NCBI GenBank assembly: GCA_963818865.1
Contig: CAWFTQ010000007.1
Location: 273,763 to 337,762 of the forward strand
DNA length: 64,000 bases
Origin: an uncultured Acidobacteriaceae bacterium
GTDB taxonomy: Bacteria; Acidobacteriota; Terriglobia; Terriglobales; Acidobacteriaceae
Reading direction: 5' to 3'
Both the position numbers and the translations under genes were made by a program. Below are positions 8,717 to 17,348 of this stretch, one piece after another. How positions within the stretch are numbered: position 1 is the stretch's first letter; each line of letters starts with the position of its first letter. The notes beneath the pieces were generated by a model. That model worked only from the letters and a program-made list of their open reading frames with translations, was not told the origin of the DNA and searched no databases.

Positions 8717-10009
8717 TTACGCGATGCGGTTCATTTTCTTGTACTCGTCAAACTTCTCCAAAAACCATTCAATATCTTTCTTCTGCAAATAGTAAGGTGT
8801 CGACAGCCGCAGCTTGTTGGGGTCGCCGCCGCGGATACGTATCTTGTGGGTCTTCCAGATCCAGTTCTCCAGGTCCATGCGTGGGACGGGCGGGACGTTT
8901 ACGGTTACGATGGCGCAGCGCAGGGCGGGATCGGGCGAGGTCCAGGATTCGGCGCCGCGCTTTTTCATTTCATCGAGCATGTAGTCGGCGAGCTTGCGAT
9001 GGCGGCGCTCGATGCGGTCGAGGCCGATGTCATTGGCGAGCTTGATGGAGGCGCGCAGTCCATAGAGAGCGGGAACGTTCGAGCTGCCGATGCGCTGGAA
9101 GCGCTCGGCGCGGAGCTTGGGATCGTCCCAGCCTTCGGTGACGATGGTGTTCCAGAGGCGGTCGATGACTTCGTCGCGCACGTAGAGGAAGCCGGTGCCT
9201 TTGGTAGCCATCAGCCATTTGTGCGGGCTCGACGAGTACATGTCGCAACCAAGATCGTGAACGTTGAGGCGCATCATGCCGATGACATGGGCGCCGTCGA
9301 TGGCGGAGAGAATGCCCTTCGAGCGGGCGAGTGCGCTGAGTTCCTTCGCAGGCAGCACAACGCCGGTGACTGTGGTGATGTGGCTGAAGAAGATGACGCG
9401 GGTGCGGGGAGTGATGGCCTCGTTAAAGAGGTTGAGGACTTGAGCGGCGTCTTTTACCGGGAGGGGCAAGGCTACTTTCTTCACCACCACGCCATAGCGT
9501 TTGGCCTTCAGATTCCAGGGGTGCACGCCCCCGGGATGTTCCTGATCGGTCATGAGGACTTCGTCGCCGGGCTTCATGTCGATGCCGTTGGCGATGTAAC
9601 TATTAGCTTCGGTGGCATTACGGAGCAGCGCGATTTCATCGCGATGGCAGCCCACGAACGCGGCCAGGGGATCGCGAAACTCATTCCAGGCGGCGTATCC
9701 CCAGATGGGATAATCTTCGGGATCTTGCTGGTCCATTTTCTCGGTGGTGGTGTAGCCGTCGAAGATGGCGCGCAGCACGGGCGCGGGGCTGGAGCCGACG
9801 GTGCCGTTGTTGAGGTAAATTTCGTCTTCCGGGATAAGGAATTGCTTACGCATCTCGGCCCAGTAGGCGTCTTCGTTCTTGTCGAACAAAGAGGAATCAG
9901 GAAGTTTGGTGGGGGCGCTGGCGAGTTGAGCGAAGAGATCCCCGCGCAGGGCGGAAGCGGCGGCAAGGCCGGTTACGGCGGTTGAGAGGAAATGGCGGCG
10001 ATCGATCAT
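8717..10009 (-). CDS. Tat-exported class V aminotransferase / cysteine-desulfurase-like PLP enzyme
   Basis: AGGAGG lies before the ATG at 10009. Twin-arginine signal MIDRRHFLSTAVTGLAAASA. PLP-lysine block YSSSPHKWL. Confidence 0.85.
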   Translation of the reverse strand: MIDRRHFLSTAVTGLAAASALRGDLFAQLASAPTKLPDSSLFDKNEDAYWAEMRKQFLIPEDEIYLNNGTVGSSPAPVLRAIFDGYTTTEKMDQQDPEDYPIWGYAAWNEFRDPLAAFVGCHRDEIALLRNATEANSYIANGIDMKPGDEVLMTDQEHPGGVHPWNLKAKRYGVVVKKVALPLPVKDAAQVLNLFNEAITPRTRVIFFSHITTVTGVVLPAKELSALARSKGILSAIDGAHVIGMMRLNVHDLGCDMYSSSPHKWLMATKGTGFLYVRDEVIDRLWNTIVTEGWDDPKLRAERFQRIGSSNVPALYGLRASIKLANDIGLDRIERRHRKLADYMLDEMKKRGAESWTSPDPALRCAIVTVNVPPVPRMDLENWIWKTHKIRIRGGDPNKLRLSTPYYLQKKDIEWFLEKFDEYKKMNRIA

Positions 10010-10227
10010 GGGAACCTCCTGGCTATCGGAAAGACGACGGGTCATGGTACGACTGCGTTGGAAAAGGGGCAAGGGGTACCGCCAGTGTGATTCCGGATCG
10101 TGTACTTTTCCAACCCGGGATAACCTCATGGGAAGGAATATGCGTCTAAATTCTTAGGGGAAAGCTCCGCCCGAGCAGGCCGGGCGTATAATTCGGGTAA
10201 GAGCAGGTCGGGCGCAAAGGGGTATTT

Positions 10228-11445
10228 ATGAAATTGCGATGGTTGGCACTCTCTGTGGCGGTAGCGGCGTTCAGCGCGGTGCCCTGGACGATGGCGCAAA
10301 CACAGCAGCCTGGTCAGAATCCCGGTCAGACGCAGAATCCGGGTCAGACGAATCCCGGTCAAACGAATCCAGGTCAAACCCAGACACAGACGCAAACTCC
10401 AGTTCCGGTTCCAGACACAGACAAGGGCCAGCCGAAAGCCAGCGACGTGCAGAACGCTCCAGCACCACCTCCAGCCAACCTGCCGACGCAGGATGACAGC
10501 CAGATCAAGCACGACGGCGGTAAAAACGACGTAGACGCCATAGGGAACCGCAATGTGGGTTGCGGCCGCGGCGTCGGCAACTGGTACAGCATCGAGAGGC
10601 AAGTGGCCATGGGCCGCTCTTATGCGCAACAGATTGAATCGCAAATTAAGTTAGTGAACGATCCGGTGGTCACAGAGTATGTCAACCGGATTGGGCAGAA
10701 CCTGGTTCGGAACTCGGATGCCCAGGTGCCGTTCACGATTAAGGTGATCGACTCCGACGTCGTGAATGCCATGGCGCTTCCCGGCGGATTCTTCTATGTG
10801 AACTCCGGATTGATTCTGGCTGCCGACGAGGAAGCGGAGCTGGCGGGCGTTATGGCGCACGAAATATCGCATGTCGCGGCCTGCCATCTGGCCCGAGAGC
10901 AGACCCGGGGCACGCTGATGCAACTGGCGACGATTCCTCTGATCTTTGTGGGTGGAGGGATTGGTTATGGGGCTTACGAAGCCGCGGGACCGGCGGCAAT
11001 GCTGGGAATTTTGAAATTCTCGCGTGGCTTCGAAGCTGAAGCTGATTATCTCGGCGTCCAAACCATGTACCGCGCCGGCTACGATCCCTCGGCGTTCGTT
11101 TCGTTCTTCGAAAAAATTCAGGCGATGGAGAAAAAGAAACCGGGAAGCTTGGCGAAGACCTTCGATACCCATCCGCAGACACCGGACCGGATCGAGAAGA
11201 CTCAGGAAGAGATCCGCACGATTCTGCCGGCTAAGGCTCAATACATTGTGACCACCTCGGAGTTCGATGACGTGAAGGCTCGGCTGGCTTCGATTGAAAA
11301 TCGCCACAAAGTGCTGGATCAGAGAGACGAGAACAAGCCGAGTTTGCGGCGAACTTCCAGCAGCGGCAGCGATAAAACGGGAGACAGCACGAATGACGAT
11401 GATCGTCCGACTTTAAAGCGCCGGGATGATTCGTCCTCGAATTAG
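10228..11445 (+). CDS. Secreted M48-family zinc metalloprotease
   Basis: Signal peptide, HExxH (MAHEISHVAA), and the M48-type downstream block EAEADYLG. Confidence 0.85.
   Translation: MKLRWLALSVAVAAFSAVPWTMAQTQQPGQNPGQTQNPGQTNPGQTNPGQTQTQTQTPVPVPDTDKGQPKASDVQNAPAPPPANLPTQDDSQIKHDGGKNDVDAIGNRNVGCGRGVGNWYSIERQVAMGRSYAQQIESQIKLVNDPVVTEYVNRIGQNLVRNSDAQVPFTIKVIDSDVVNAMALPGGFFYVNSGLILAADEEAELAGVMAHEISHVAACHLAREQTRGTLMQLATIPLIFVGGGIGYGAYEAAGPAAMLGILKFSRGFEAEADYLGVQTMYRAGYDPSAFVSFFEKIQAMEKKKPGSLAKTFDTHPQTPDRIEKTQEEIRTILPAKAQYIVTTSEFDDVKARLASIENRHKVLDQRDENKPSLRRTSSSGSDKTGDSTNDDDRPTLKRRDDSSSN
10309..10398 (+). repeat. In-frame low-complexity tandem repeat (QNPGQT / TQ) inside the M48 gene
   Basis: Repeated CCGGGTCAGACG-like units encode PGQNPGQTQNPGQTNPGQTNPGQTQTQTQT. 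Confidence 0.6.
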
Positions 11446-11464
11446 AGGGAGTGCAAGTCATCCA

Positions 11465-11488
11465 CCGGCGGCCTCGGCCGCCGGTTTT
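11465..11488 (+). terminator. Rho-independent terminator after the M48 gene
   Basis: Stem CCGGCGG/CCGCCGG followed by TTTT(CC)ATTTT. Confidence 0.65.
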
Positions 11489-11615
11489 CCATTTTGACAC
11501 GACAGAAGAGAGGCCTCACAACTCTGCGTGACCTGAGTCACAGCGGGCCGGTTGTCGAAGGGAGTAAGTGTAAGCTACGCTAGGCGTATAGCGGAAACTA
11601 CAGGAGCAGCTTTCC

Positions 11616-12926
11616 ATGCCAGACGACACACTGACTATCACCGATAATAGAACGGGACAGACATATACCGTCCCGATTGAAAATGGTACGATCCGCGCCA
11701 TGAACCTGCGGCAGATCAAGACCAGCCCGGAGGATTTTGGGCTGATGACGTACGATCCGGCGTTCATGAACACGGCTTCGTGCCGCAGCAGCATCACCTA
11801 CATCGACGGTGACCGGGGAATTCTGCGTTACCGCGGATATCCCATCGAAGTGCTGGCGGAGCGCTGCACCTTTCTGGAAGTCGCGTACCTGCTGCTTTTC
11901 GGAGAATTGCCGACCGAGGTCGAATTAAAGAGCTGGGTACACGACATTACACACCACACCATGCTGCACGAGAGCACTAAAAAGTTTATGGAAGGCTTTC
12001 GCTATGATGGCCATCCCATGGGGATGTTTGTCAGCACGGTGGCGGCGCTTTCGACGGTGTACCCGGATGCCCGGCATGTACACGATCCCGCCAACCGGCT
12101 GCTGCAGATCAAGCGGCTGATCGGCAAAGTGCCCTCCATTGCGGCCATGTCTTACCGGCACAACGTGGGATTCCCTTACGTGTACCCGGACAATGATCTG
12201 AGCTACGCCGAGAATTTCATGAACATGCTGTGGAAGATGGTCGAGCCTAAGTATGTGGCGCAGCCGGCCATTGCTCGGGCGCTCGATATTCTGTTCATTT
12301 TGCATGCGGACCACGAGCAGAATTGCGGCACCAACGCTATGCGCTCGGTGAGCAGCGCGCAAACCGATCCCTATTTGTCGATGGCGTCGGCAGCGTCAGC
12401 CCTGGCTGGACCATTGCACGGCGGAGCCAATGAAGAAGTGTTGAAGATGCTGGATGAGATTGGCTCGAAGGATAAAGTGCCCGCTTACGTCAAGAAAGTG
12501 AAAGAAGGCGGGGGCAAGCTGATGGGATTCGGACATCGTATCTACAAAAATTACGATCCCCGGGCCAAGATCATTAAATGGACAGCGGAGCAGGTTTTTG
12601 AGGTTACGGGGCGCAATCCGAAATTGGAGATCGCTCTTGAGTTGGAGCGCATCGCGCTGGAAGACGAGTATTTTGTGAAGCGCAAACTCTATCCGAATGT
12701 CGATTTTTATTCCGGGATCATGTACCAGGCCATGGGATTCCGTCCGGAAATGTTCACCGTATTGTTCGCGATTCCACGTACGGCGGGATGGCTGGCACAG
12801 TGGCAGGAGTTGATCACAGATCCGGAACAAAAGATTGCCCGTCCGCGGCAGATTTATACAGGGCATGAAGAGCGGGAGTTTGTTGCAATGGAGAAGCGAA
12901 CATCAGGGGCCTTGGCGAGGGGTTAG
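11616..12926 (+). CDS. gltA: Citrate synthase
   Basis: 436 aa. Contains GFGHRIYK, the LHADHEQN block and GPLHGGANE. Confidence 0.95.
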   Translation: MPDDTLTITDNRTGQTYTVPIENGTIRAMNLRQIKTSPEDFGLMTYDPAFMNTASCRSSITYIDGDRGILRYRGYPIEVLAERCTFLEVAYLLLFGELPTEVELKSWVHDITHHTMLHESTKKFMEGFRYDGHPMGMFVSTVAALSTVYPDARHVHDPANRLLQIKRLIGKVPSIAAMSYRHNVGFPYVYPDNDLSYAENFMNMLWKMVEPKYVAQPAIARALDILFILHADHEQNCGTNAMRSVSSAQTDPYLSMASAASALAGPLHGGANEEVLKMLDEIGSKDKVPAYVKKVKEGGGKLMGFGHRIYKNYDPRAKIIKWTAEQVFEVTGRNPKLEIALELERIALEDEYFVKRKLYPNVDFYSGIMYQAMGFRPEMFTVLFAIPRTAGWLAQWQELITDPEQKIARPRQIYTGHEEREFVAMEKRTSGALARG

Positions 12927-12938
12927 CCGCAAGAATTT

Positions 12939-13880
12939 CTAATTGTCTTTGCAGATGGCGGAGACCAGATTGCGGATTTCCTCCACGTAGGAGTCTGAGT
13001 CTTTGACAAATTCGCTCCAACTCATGTCTTCGGCAAGAGGACAGTTCTGAGCCAGGATGCTCCAGTCCCCTTCGCTGGCATCCAAGGGGTTGGGAGTTTC
13101 CAAGTATCCCAATCCCAGGTTAGAGGCCCGGCTCAGCCGGTCAGCCAGGGAGACGATTGCCACCAAGGCGGGGTTACTGACCGCTGCGGCCAGGTTGTGG
13201 TGGCAAAGAATGACTTCCACCAGGTCCTCTGACAAGTTCCACCTGCGCCCCAGCAGTTCCCCGCTTTGACAATGGGTAAAACCCATTTCTGAATACTCGA
13301 CGTCTCCCATGAAAAGCCCCTCGTGTTCAGCTTTTTCAATGGCCGTTTTCGTTTGTGCAGGGAAGACAACTAAGTTCAGGATATATCCAATGTCGTGCAG
13401 CAATCCGGCGAGATAAGCCTTCTCGGGATCGCCAAAGCCCACGGAGCGCGCCAGTTTTCGCGCCATGATGGCGCAGGCCAGGGAGTGTTGCCAGAAAACT
13501 ACGGGGTCGAGAGCTTTGACGGAGGCCGGAGCGAGCCGCAGCAAGCCGCAGGAGACAGCGATATCCCGGATGCGGGAGATGCCTAGCGTACGCACGGCGC
13601 CGCGAAGAGAATCCAGGGCGGGGCCGCGGCTAAACAGGGCAGAGTTGGCCATGCGCAGGCATTGCGCAGCCAGAGCTTCATCGTGGCCGATGATCTCCGC
13701 CACCCTGAGCAGATTGACGTTGTCAGGAGGCTGGTTGATTTCGTTAAGCAAAGATTGCAGGACTGCCGGAGTGCTGGGAATCGCTGCCAGCAGATCGTCC
13801 TTTCCATTCAGAGCCTGGCGCAGCGCTAGATTTTCCGCTGCGGGTTCGCTGAAACATCCGGGTCCTTGAAATTCAGTCAT
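12939..13880 (-). CDS. HDOD-domain signalling protein
   Basis: LLHDIGYIL and the LAAQCLRMANSALF blocks are typical of HDOD. The longer GTG start at 13949 is possible. Confidence 0.8.
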   Translation of the reverse strand: MTEFQGPGCFSEPAAENLALRQALNGKDDLLAAIPSTPAVLQSLLNEINQPPDNVNLLRVAEIIGHDEALAAQCLRMANSALFSRGPALDSLRGAVRTLGISRIRDIAVSCGLLRLAPASVKALDPVVFWQHSLACAIMARKLARSVGFGDPEKAYLAGLLHDIGYILNLVVFPAQTKTAIEKAEHEGLFMGDVEYSEMGFTHCQSGELLGRRWNLSEDLVEVILCHHNLAAAVSNPALVAIVSLADRLSRASNLGLGYLETPNPLDASEGDWSILAQNCPLAEDMSWSEFVKDSDSYVEEIRNLVSAICKDN

Positions 13881-14181
13881 GTCTTTGCCGCGCTTGCTAT
13901 TCTGGGCAGTGTGCCGAGCGGTAATCTCCTGCGTTACAAAGGCACGCACTGGCAGAACAAGGAGTGATAGTTCAACAGTAATAGAGGTTGGATAGGATCT
14001 GGATTGGGGAAATCGAACCTGCGTTACATAAGTACATCAAGAAGTTTCAAAGTGGGAAGCTTGGTCTACTCAGGAGGAAATCATAAGAGAAAACTCAGGC
14101 CGTAACATAAAAGCCTGCCGCAGCAGATGGACCGGTCGGTGACCCGCAACAACAATCTGACTCTAGAATCTCGACCGAGGC

Positions 14182-14418
14182 TTAAGCAGCTTGCTTAGGG
14201 GCGAGCGCAGCCCTGTATTGGCGCGTTTCCGACTGGGAAGTGATCATCTTCATCTCTTGCCAATCGTAGGGGAATTCTCGTCCGCAATCCAGGCACGCTA
14301 CGTAGGTTCCGGTCAATGCGCCAGCCTGCGGACGGCGCCCCGTTCCGCGAATGGTAACTGGAAAACTGTAACGGGGATGCCTGCAACCGAAGACTGCGTC
14401 AAACAATCTTGCCATCAT
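14182..14418 (-). CDS. Small zinc-ribbon-like hypothetical protein (78 aa)
   Basis: C-x-H ... C-x2-C arrangement (GCRHP ... CLDCG). No family recognised. Confidence 0.4.
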   Translation of the reverse strand: MMARLFDAVFGCRHPRYSFPVTIRGTGRRPQAGALTGTYVACLDCGREFPYDWQEMKMITSQSETRQYRAALAPKQAA

Positions 14419-14680
14419 GGAGCACCTTCCACGAGACTTAGTTCTCTGGGCTCTACTCAGGTAGTCTACGGGAGTCTTAGCTCAACCTACCCTTAATCCC
14501 TTAGATTCAGTTCGGGTAAGATTGGTTTCGTCTTTAGGGGATTCACTCTGAGAAAGCTACTGTTTTTGCAAGTGCTTCCCGAAACAGCACTTACGGATTG
14601 ACCTCAGTCGGCACCGCAGCCAGTGGTTTACGGGCTGGAGAGTTCTCAGAAACCGGCGCCGGATCACTAGTAGAAAACAG

Positions 14681-15241
14681 CTAGCTGAGATTAAAGGCTT
14701 TCTTGATGGTACCGCGCTCTTTCTGAATTTTTTCCTGAAGCAGAGTGATGCTGTAGATGAGCTGCTCCGGGCGCGGTGGACATCCTGGGACATAGATATC
14801 GACGGGGATCACCTGATTCACGCTCTGCACCAGCGCGTAATTGTTGAAGACGCCGCCGGAGGTGGCGCACGCCCCCATGGAAATCACCCATTTCGGCTCC
14901 GGCATCTGCTCCCATAGTTGGCGGATCACGGGTGCCATCTTATTGGACACGCGTCCGGCGATGATCATGAGATCGCTCTGACGCGGGGATGGACGAAAAA
15001 CTTCCGCGCCGAAGCGGGCAATATCGAAGCGCGCCGCACCCATCGACATCATTTCGATCGCACAACAGGCCAGTCCAAACGTCATCGGCCAGATGGACCC
15101 CTTGCGCATCCAGTTCACGGCGGAATCCAGCGTGGTCAGTACCACTCCTTCCGGCGTGGGATTGCCGAAGGTCAGATCTTTGACTACCTTCTTGCCGTTT
15201 TCTAGATCAACGTAGGGGCCGAAATTCAGTTCAGGAGCCAT
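14681..15241 (-). CDS. nuoB: NADH-quinone oxidoreductase subunit B (NuoB/Nqo6-like)
   Basis: [10 protein letters not shown] and VPGCPPRPE iron-sulfur cluster N2 ligand motifs. Confidence 0.9.
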   Translation of the reverse strand: MAPELNFGPYVDLENGKKVVKDLTFGNPTPEGVVLTTLDSAVNWMRKGSIWPMTFGLACCAIEMMSMGAARFDIARFGAEVFRPSPRQSDLMIIAGRVSNKMAPVIRQLWEQMPEPKWVISMGACATSGGVFNNYALVQSVNQVIPVDIYVPGCPPRPEQLIYSITLLQEKIQKERGTIKKAFNLS

Positions 15242-15326
15242 AGGCCTATTTTAAACCAGACCAGACTGAAGTGACGCTAGCGGCTGAAATTCGGAGCGCG
15301 GCGAACGGCTTTCTCTACTCGGGGAG

Positions 15327-16070
15327 TCACCTGAACGTGGTCTCGCTACGTGCCATTTGTAGTTCCGTCTTGCGAATCATCTCGTCCCACAAAGAATCCG
15401 GCTCCGAATTAAAAACCTCGCTGGCCGCAGCCGGAAAAACAAACCAGGCGCCCAATCCCACTTCCTGCCGTAGTTGATCTTGAGTCCATCCGGCATAGCC
15501 GAGATAAACGTGGAAAACTCGCTTGTCGGGTCGAGCCGAAATTGTTTGTTCGAAAAGCGGTTTCGCAGTAATCAAGTAAACGCCATCGAAGATGCTCTCC
15601 GCGCCTTCGAGCTTGGCCGGCGACTGGAATAACGCAAACACCGCCGGCATTTCCATCGGTCCTCCGATATAGACCGGGTCGGAACGATCTTTCGCCGCCT
15701 TCAGGCGCTCAAGCGCTCGCGAAAGCGGAACATCCGTGCGCCGGTTGAGAATGAGTCCGAGTGCGCCTTGGGCATCGTAGCGAACCAGTAGGATGACGGT
15801 CTTAGCAAAATTCGGATCGCCGAGGTTCCGGCTGGCCACCAGCAGCTTTCCTACACTCAGATTTTTGGCACTCTTGGATTGGACGGGAAAAAAATCGGCT
15901 GACAGCAGTTCACTTCTGGCATGGGATTCCGCAGCGAGTGATGGACGGTTCGCCCCGCTGTCCATCTCCGGTACATCAAATTCCTTGACGTGACGGCTTA
16001 CCCTTCCGACTGCCGTGCAGGCAAGGATTGCGGCAAGTAGTGCGTAGAGGCTTGGTTTGCGCAGAGACAT
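15327..16070 (-). CDS. YqgE/AlgH-family protein with an N-terminal signal/anchor sequence
   Basis: DPNFAKTVILLVRYDAQGALGLILNR matches the UPF0301 core. The N-terminus MSLRKPSLYALLAAILACTAVG is hydrophobic. Confidence 0.8.
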   Translation of the reverse strand: MSLRKPSLYALLAAILACTAVGRVSRHVKEFDVPEMDSGANRPSLAAESHARSELLSADFFPVQSKSAKNLSVGKLLVASRNLGDPNFAKTVILLVRYDAQGALGLILNRRTDVPLSRALERLKAAKDRSDPVYIGGPMEMPAVFALFQSPAKLEGAESIFDGVYLITAKPLFEQTISARPDKRVFHVYLGYAGWTQDQLRQEVGLGAWFVFPAAASEVFNSEPDSLWDEMIRKTELQMARSETTFR

Positions 16071-16222
16071 GACTGCTTTCCTTGCATCTCTGTACGCGAG
16101 TTTAACTGATTCAGTAACGGTTGCGAAATCGGCATAGCACTCATCGAGCGTCTATGAGCGCTAACGCCTGATAACGGCAGCAGTGGTGGAACTTTGCCCG
16201 AAGATCGGCGTAAAGTGGTGCC

Positions 16223-16684
16223 GTGAAGCTGCGATTTGCGGACGAAAATCGACCCAGCAAAACGCTGTGGTTAGTTGCGGCGATAGGCGCGTTGCTTATC
16301 GCTGCTTCTCTCGTCATTGCAGCTGTCGTCGCTTGGCAGTTTTACTCAATTCGCTCCGCCACGAAGTGGTTCGTGTGGTCGCAGCGTTACAAAAGAGAAG
16401 TTCTGGCGCAATCCGGCGGAACGGCGGGAGAGTTGAAGCATGTCGAATGGGACGGCTGGGGGTTTCCGGGAGCAGGAGACACCATTGTATATCTTGTTTA
16501 CGACCCAACAGATTCCCTCTCGGCGGCTGCCAAAGGCCATCAGCCCGGCAAATTCATTGGCATTCCATGCACCGTTTTTCTTGTGAGTCGTCTGGAAAGC
16601 GAGTGGTACACTGTTCAATTTTATACCCAGGAAGAGTGGGGCCGACGCAATGCACTGGATTGCGGCTCTGGGTCTGCTGGTTGA
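16223..16684 (+). CDS. Membrane-anchored hypothetical protein
   Basis: One N-terminal TM segment (LWLVAAIGALLIAASLVIAAVVAW). No family recognised. Confidence 0.5.
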   Translation: MKLRFADENRPSKTLWLVAAIGALLIAASLVIAAVVAWQFYSIRSATKWFVWSQRYKREVLAQSGGTAGELKHVEWDGWGFPGAGDTIVYLVYDPTDSLSAAAKGHQPGKFIGIPCTVFLVSRLESEWYTVQFYTQEEWGRRNALDCGSGSAG

Positions 16685-16742
16685 CTGTCGTAAAATCGCC
16701 CTAGAACCCATTGGCGGTCATGCGCCACATCCTTGAATGCTC

Positions 16743-16815
16743 TACGGGTTCACCACAATCTTCCCGAATATCTTGCTCTTCTCCAGATATTCATGCGCGG
16801 CGGTGCTCGATCAGC
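16743..16815 (-). pseudogene. Remnant of the 3' end of a zinc-ADH/quinone-oxidoreductase paralog
   Basis: By hand alignment, 16746-16802 matches 17352-17408 (the 3' end of the intact ADH gene) at about 51 of 57 nt. It encodes AAHEYLEKSKIFGKIVVNP-stop versus AAHEYLEKSQMFGKIVVNP-stop. An in-frame stop lies just upstream, and no upstream body is present. Confidence 0.6.
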
Positions 16816-17056
16816 GAAAGCGCGTTCCGCCAGCGGCGCGGCGCACAGCCCGTTCGACAGACTCAGGAAGACGCACGGGAACAAAATACTCTTGCGGATA
16901 GAGGTAATCCTCGCCAGACTCGTCAATGACGCGAATCTGGTGAAGCTCCGCCGCAACGCCGTCGGAAACGGCCTCATAGAGCTTACGCAACTCCAGCGAG
17001 GCAGCGTAGCCCTTGTTCTTGACGCAAACTACAAATTGAAGATGGTTTCGTTTCAT
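16811..17056 (-). CDS. Small conserved-looking hypothetical (81 aa), putative immunity/antitoxin-like partner
   Basis: The ATG overlaps the stop of the upstream ORF (ATGA). The block VKNKGYAASLELRKLYEAV...IRVIDESGEDYLYPQEYF resembles a recurrent small-protein family I recall from other phyla (unverified). Confidence 0.5.
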   Translation of the reverse strand: MKRNHLQFVVCVKNKGYAASLELRKLYEAVSDGVAAELHQIRVIDESGEDYLYPQEYFVPVRLPESVERAVRRAAGGTRFR

Positions 17057-17295
17057 TGAACTTCAAAGAAGCGCTTGATTTTGAATTCCCTCGCTCCTAC
17101 GCCGTGGGCTTCATACCAATGCACTTCGGCACATCGTATCGTACCACTCGCCAGTCGAACGGTTGCGGTTCCTCTCCGCTTTCTCCAGTGTCGACCGCCG
17201 TAGAGTTTCCGAAGGCGGCGCGCCTCCCGAATGCCTTTTCCCGAGGCTATCGTCTCAATGTCGGAGATCTTGCCGACTATCTTAAAAACACGCGC
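17053..17295 (-). pseudogene. Start-less (5'-truncated) ORF, toxin-like partner of the 81-aa gene
   Basis: An 80-codon open frame sits between an in-frame TGA (17298-17296) and the TGA at 17055-17053. There is no ATG/GTG/TTG before codon 58. It encodes ...GIREARRLRKLYGGRHWRKRRGTATVRLASGTIRCAEVHWYEAHGVGAREFKIKRF. Confidence 0.4.
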
Positions 17296-17348
17296 TCATT
17301 CTAGTCCGATCGACTACTTTGCCCTCCGCGATCTCGTCAGTAAAAACC

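Noticed and set aside
8846-9985. 379-aa ORF on the plus strand, antisense to the class V aminotransferase gene
   Set aside because: The opposite strand carries a protein with a clear PLP-lysine block and Tat signal. This ORF is Gly/Ala/His/Asp/Val-rich with no motif, which is typical of a shadow ORF in GC-rich DNA.
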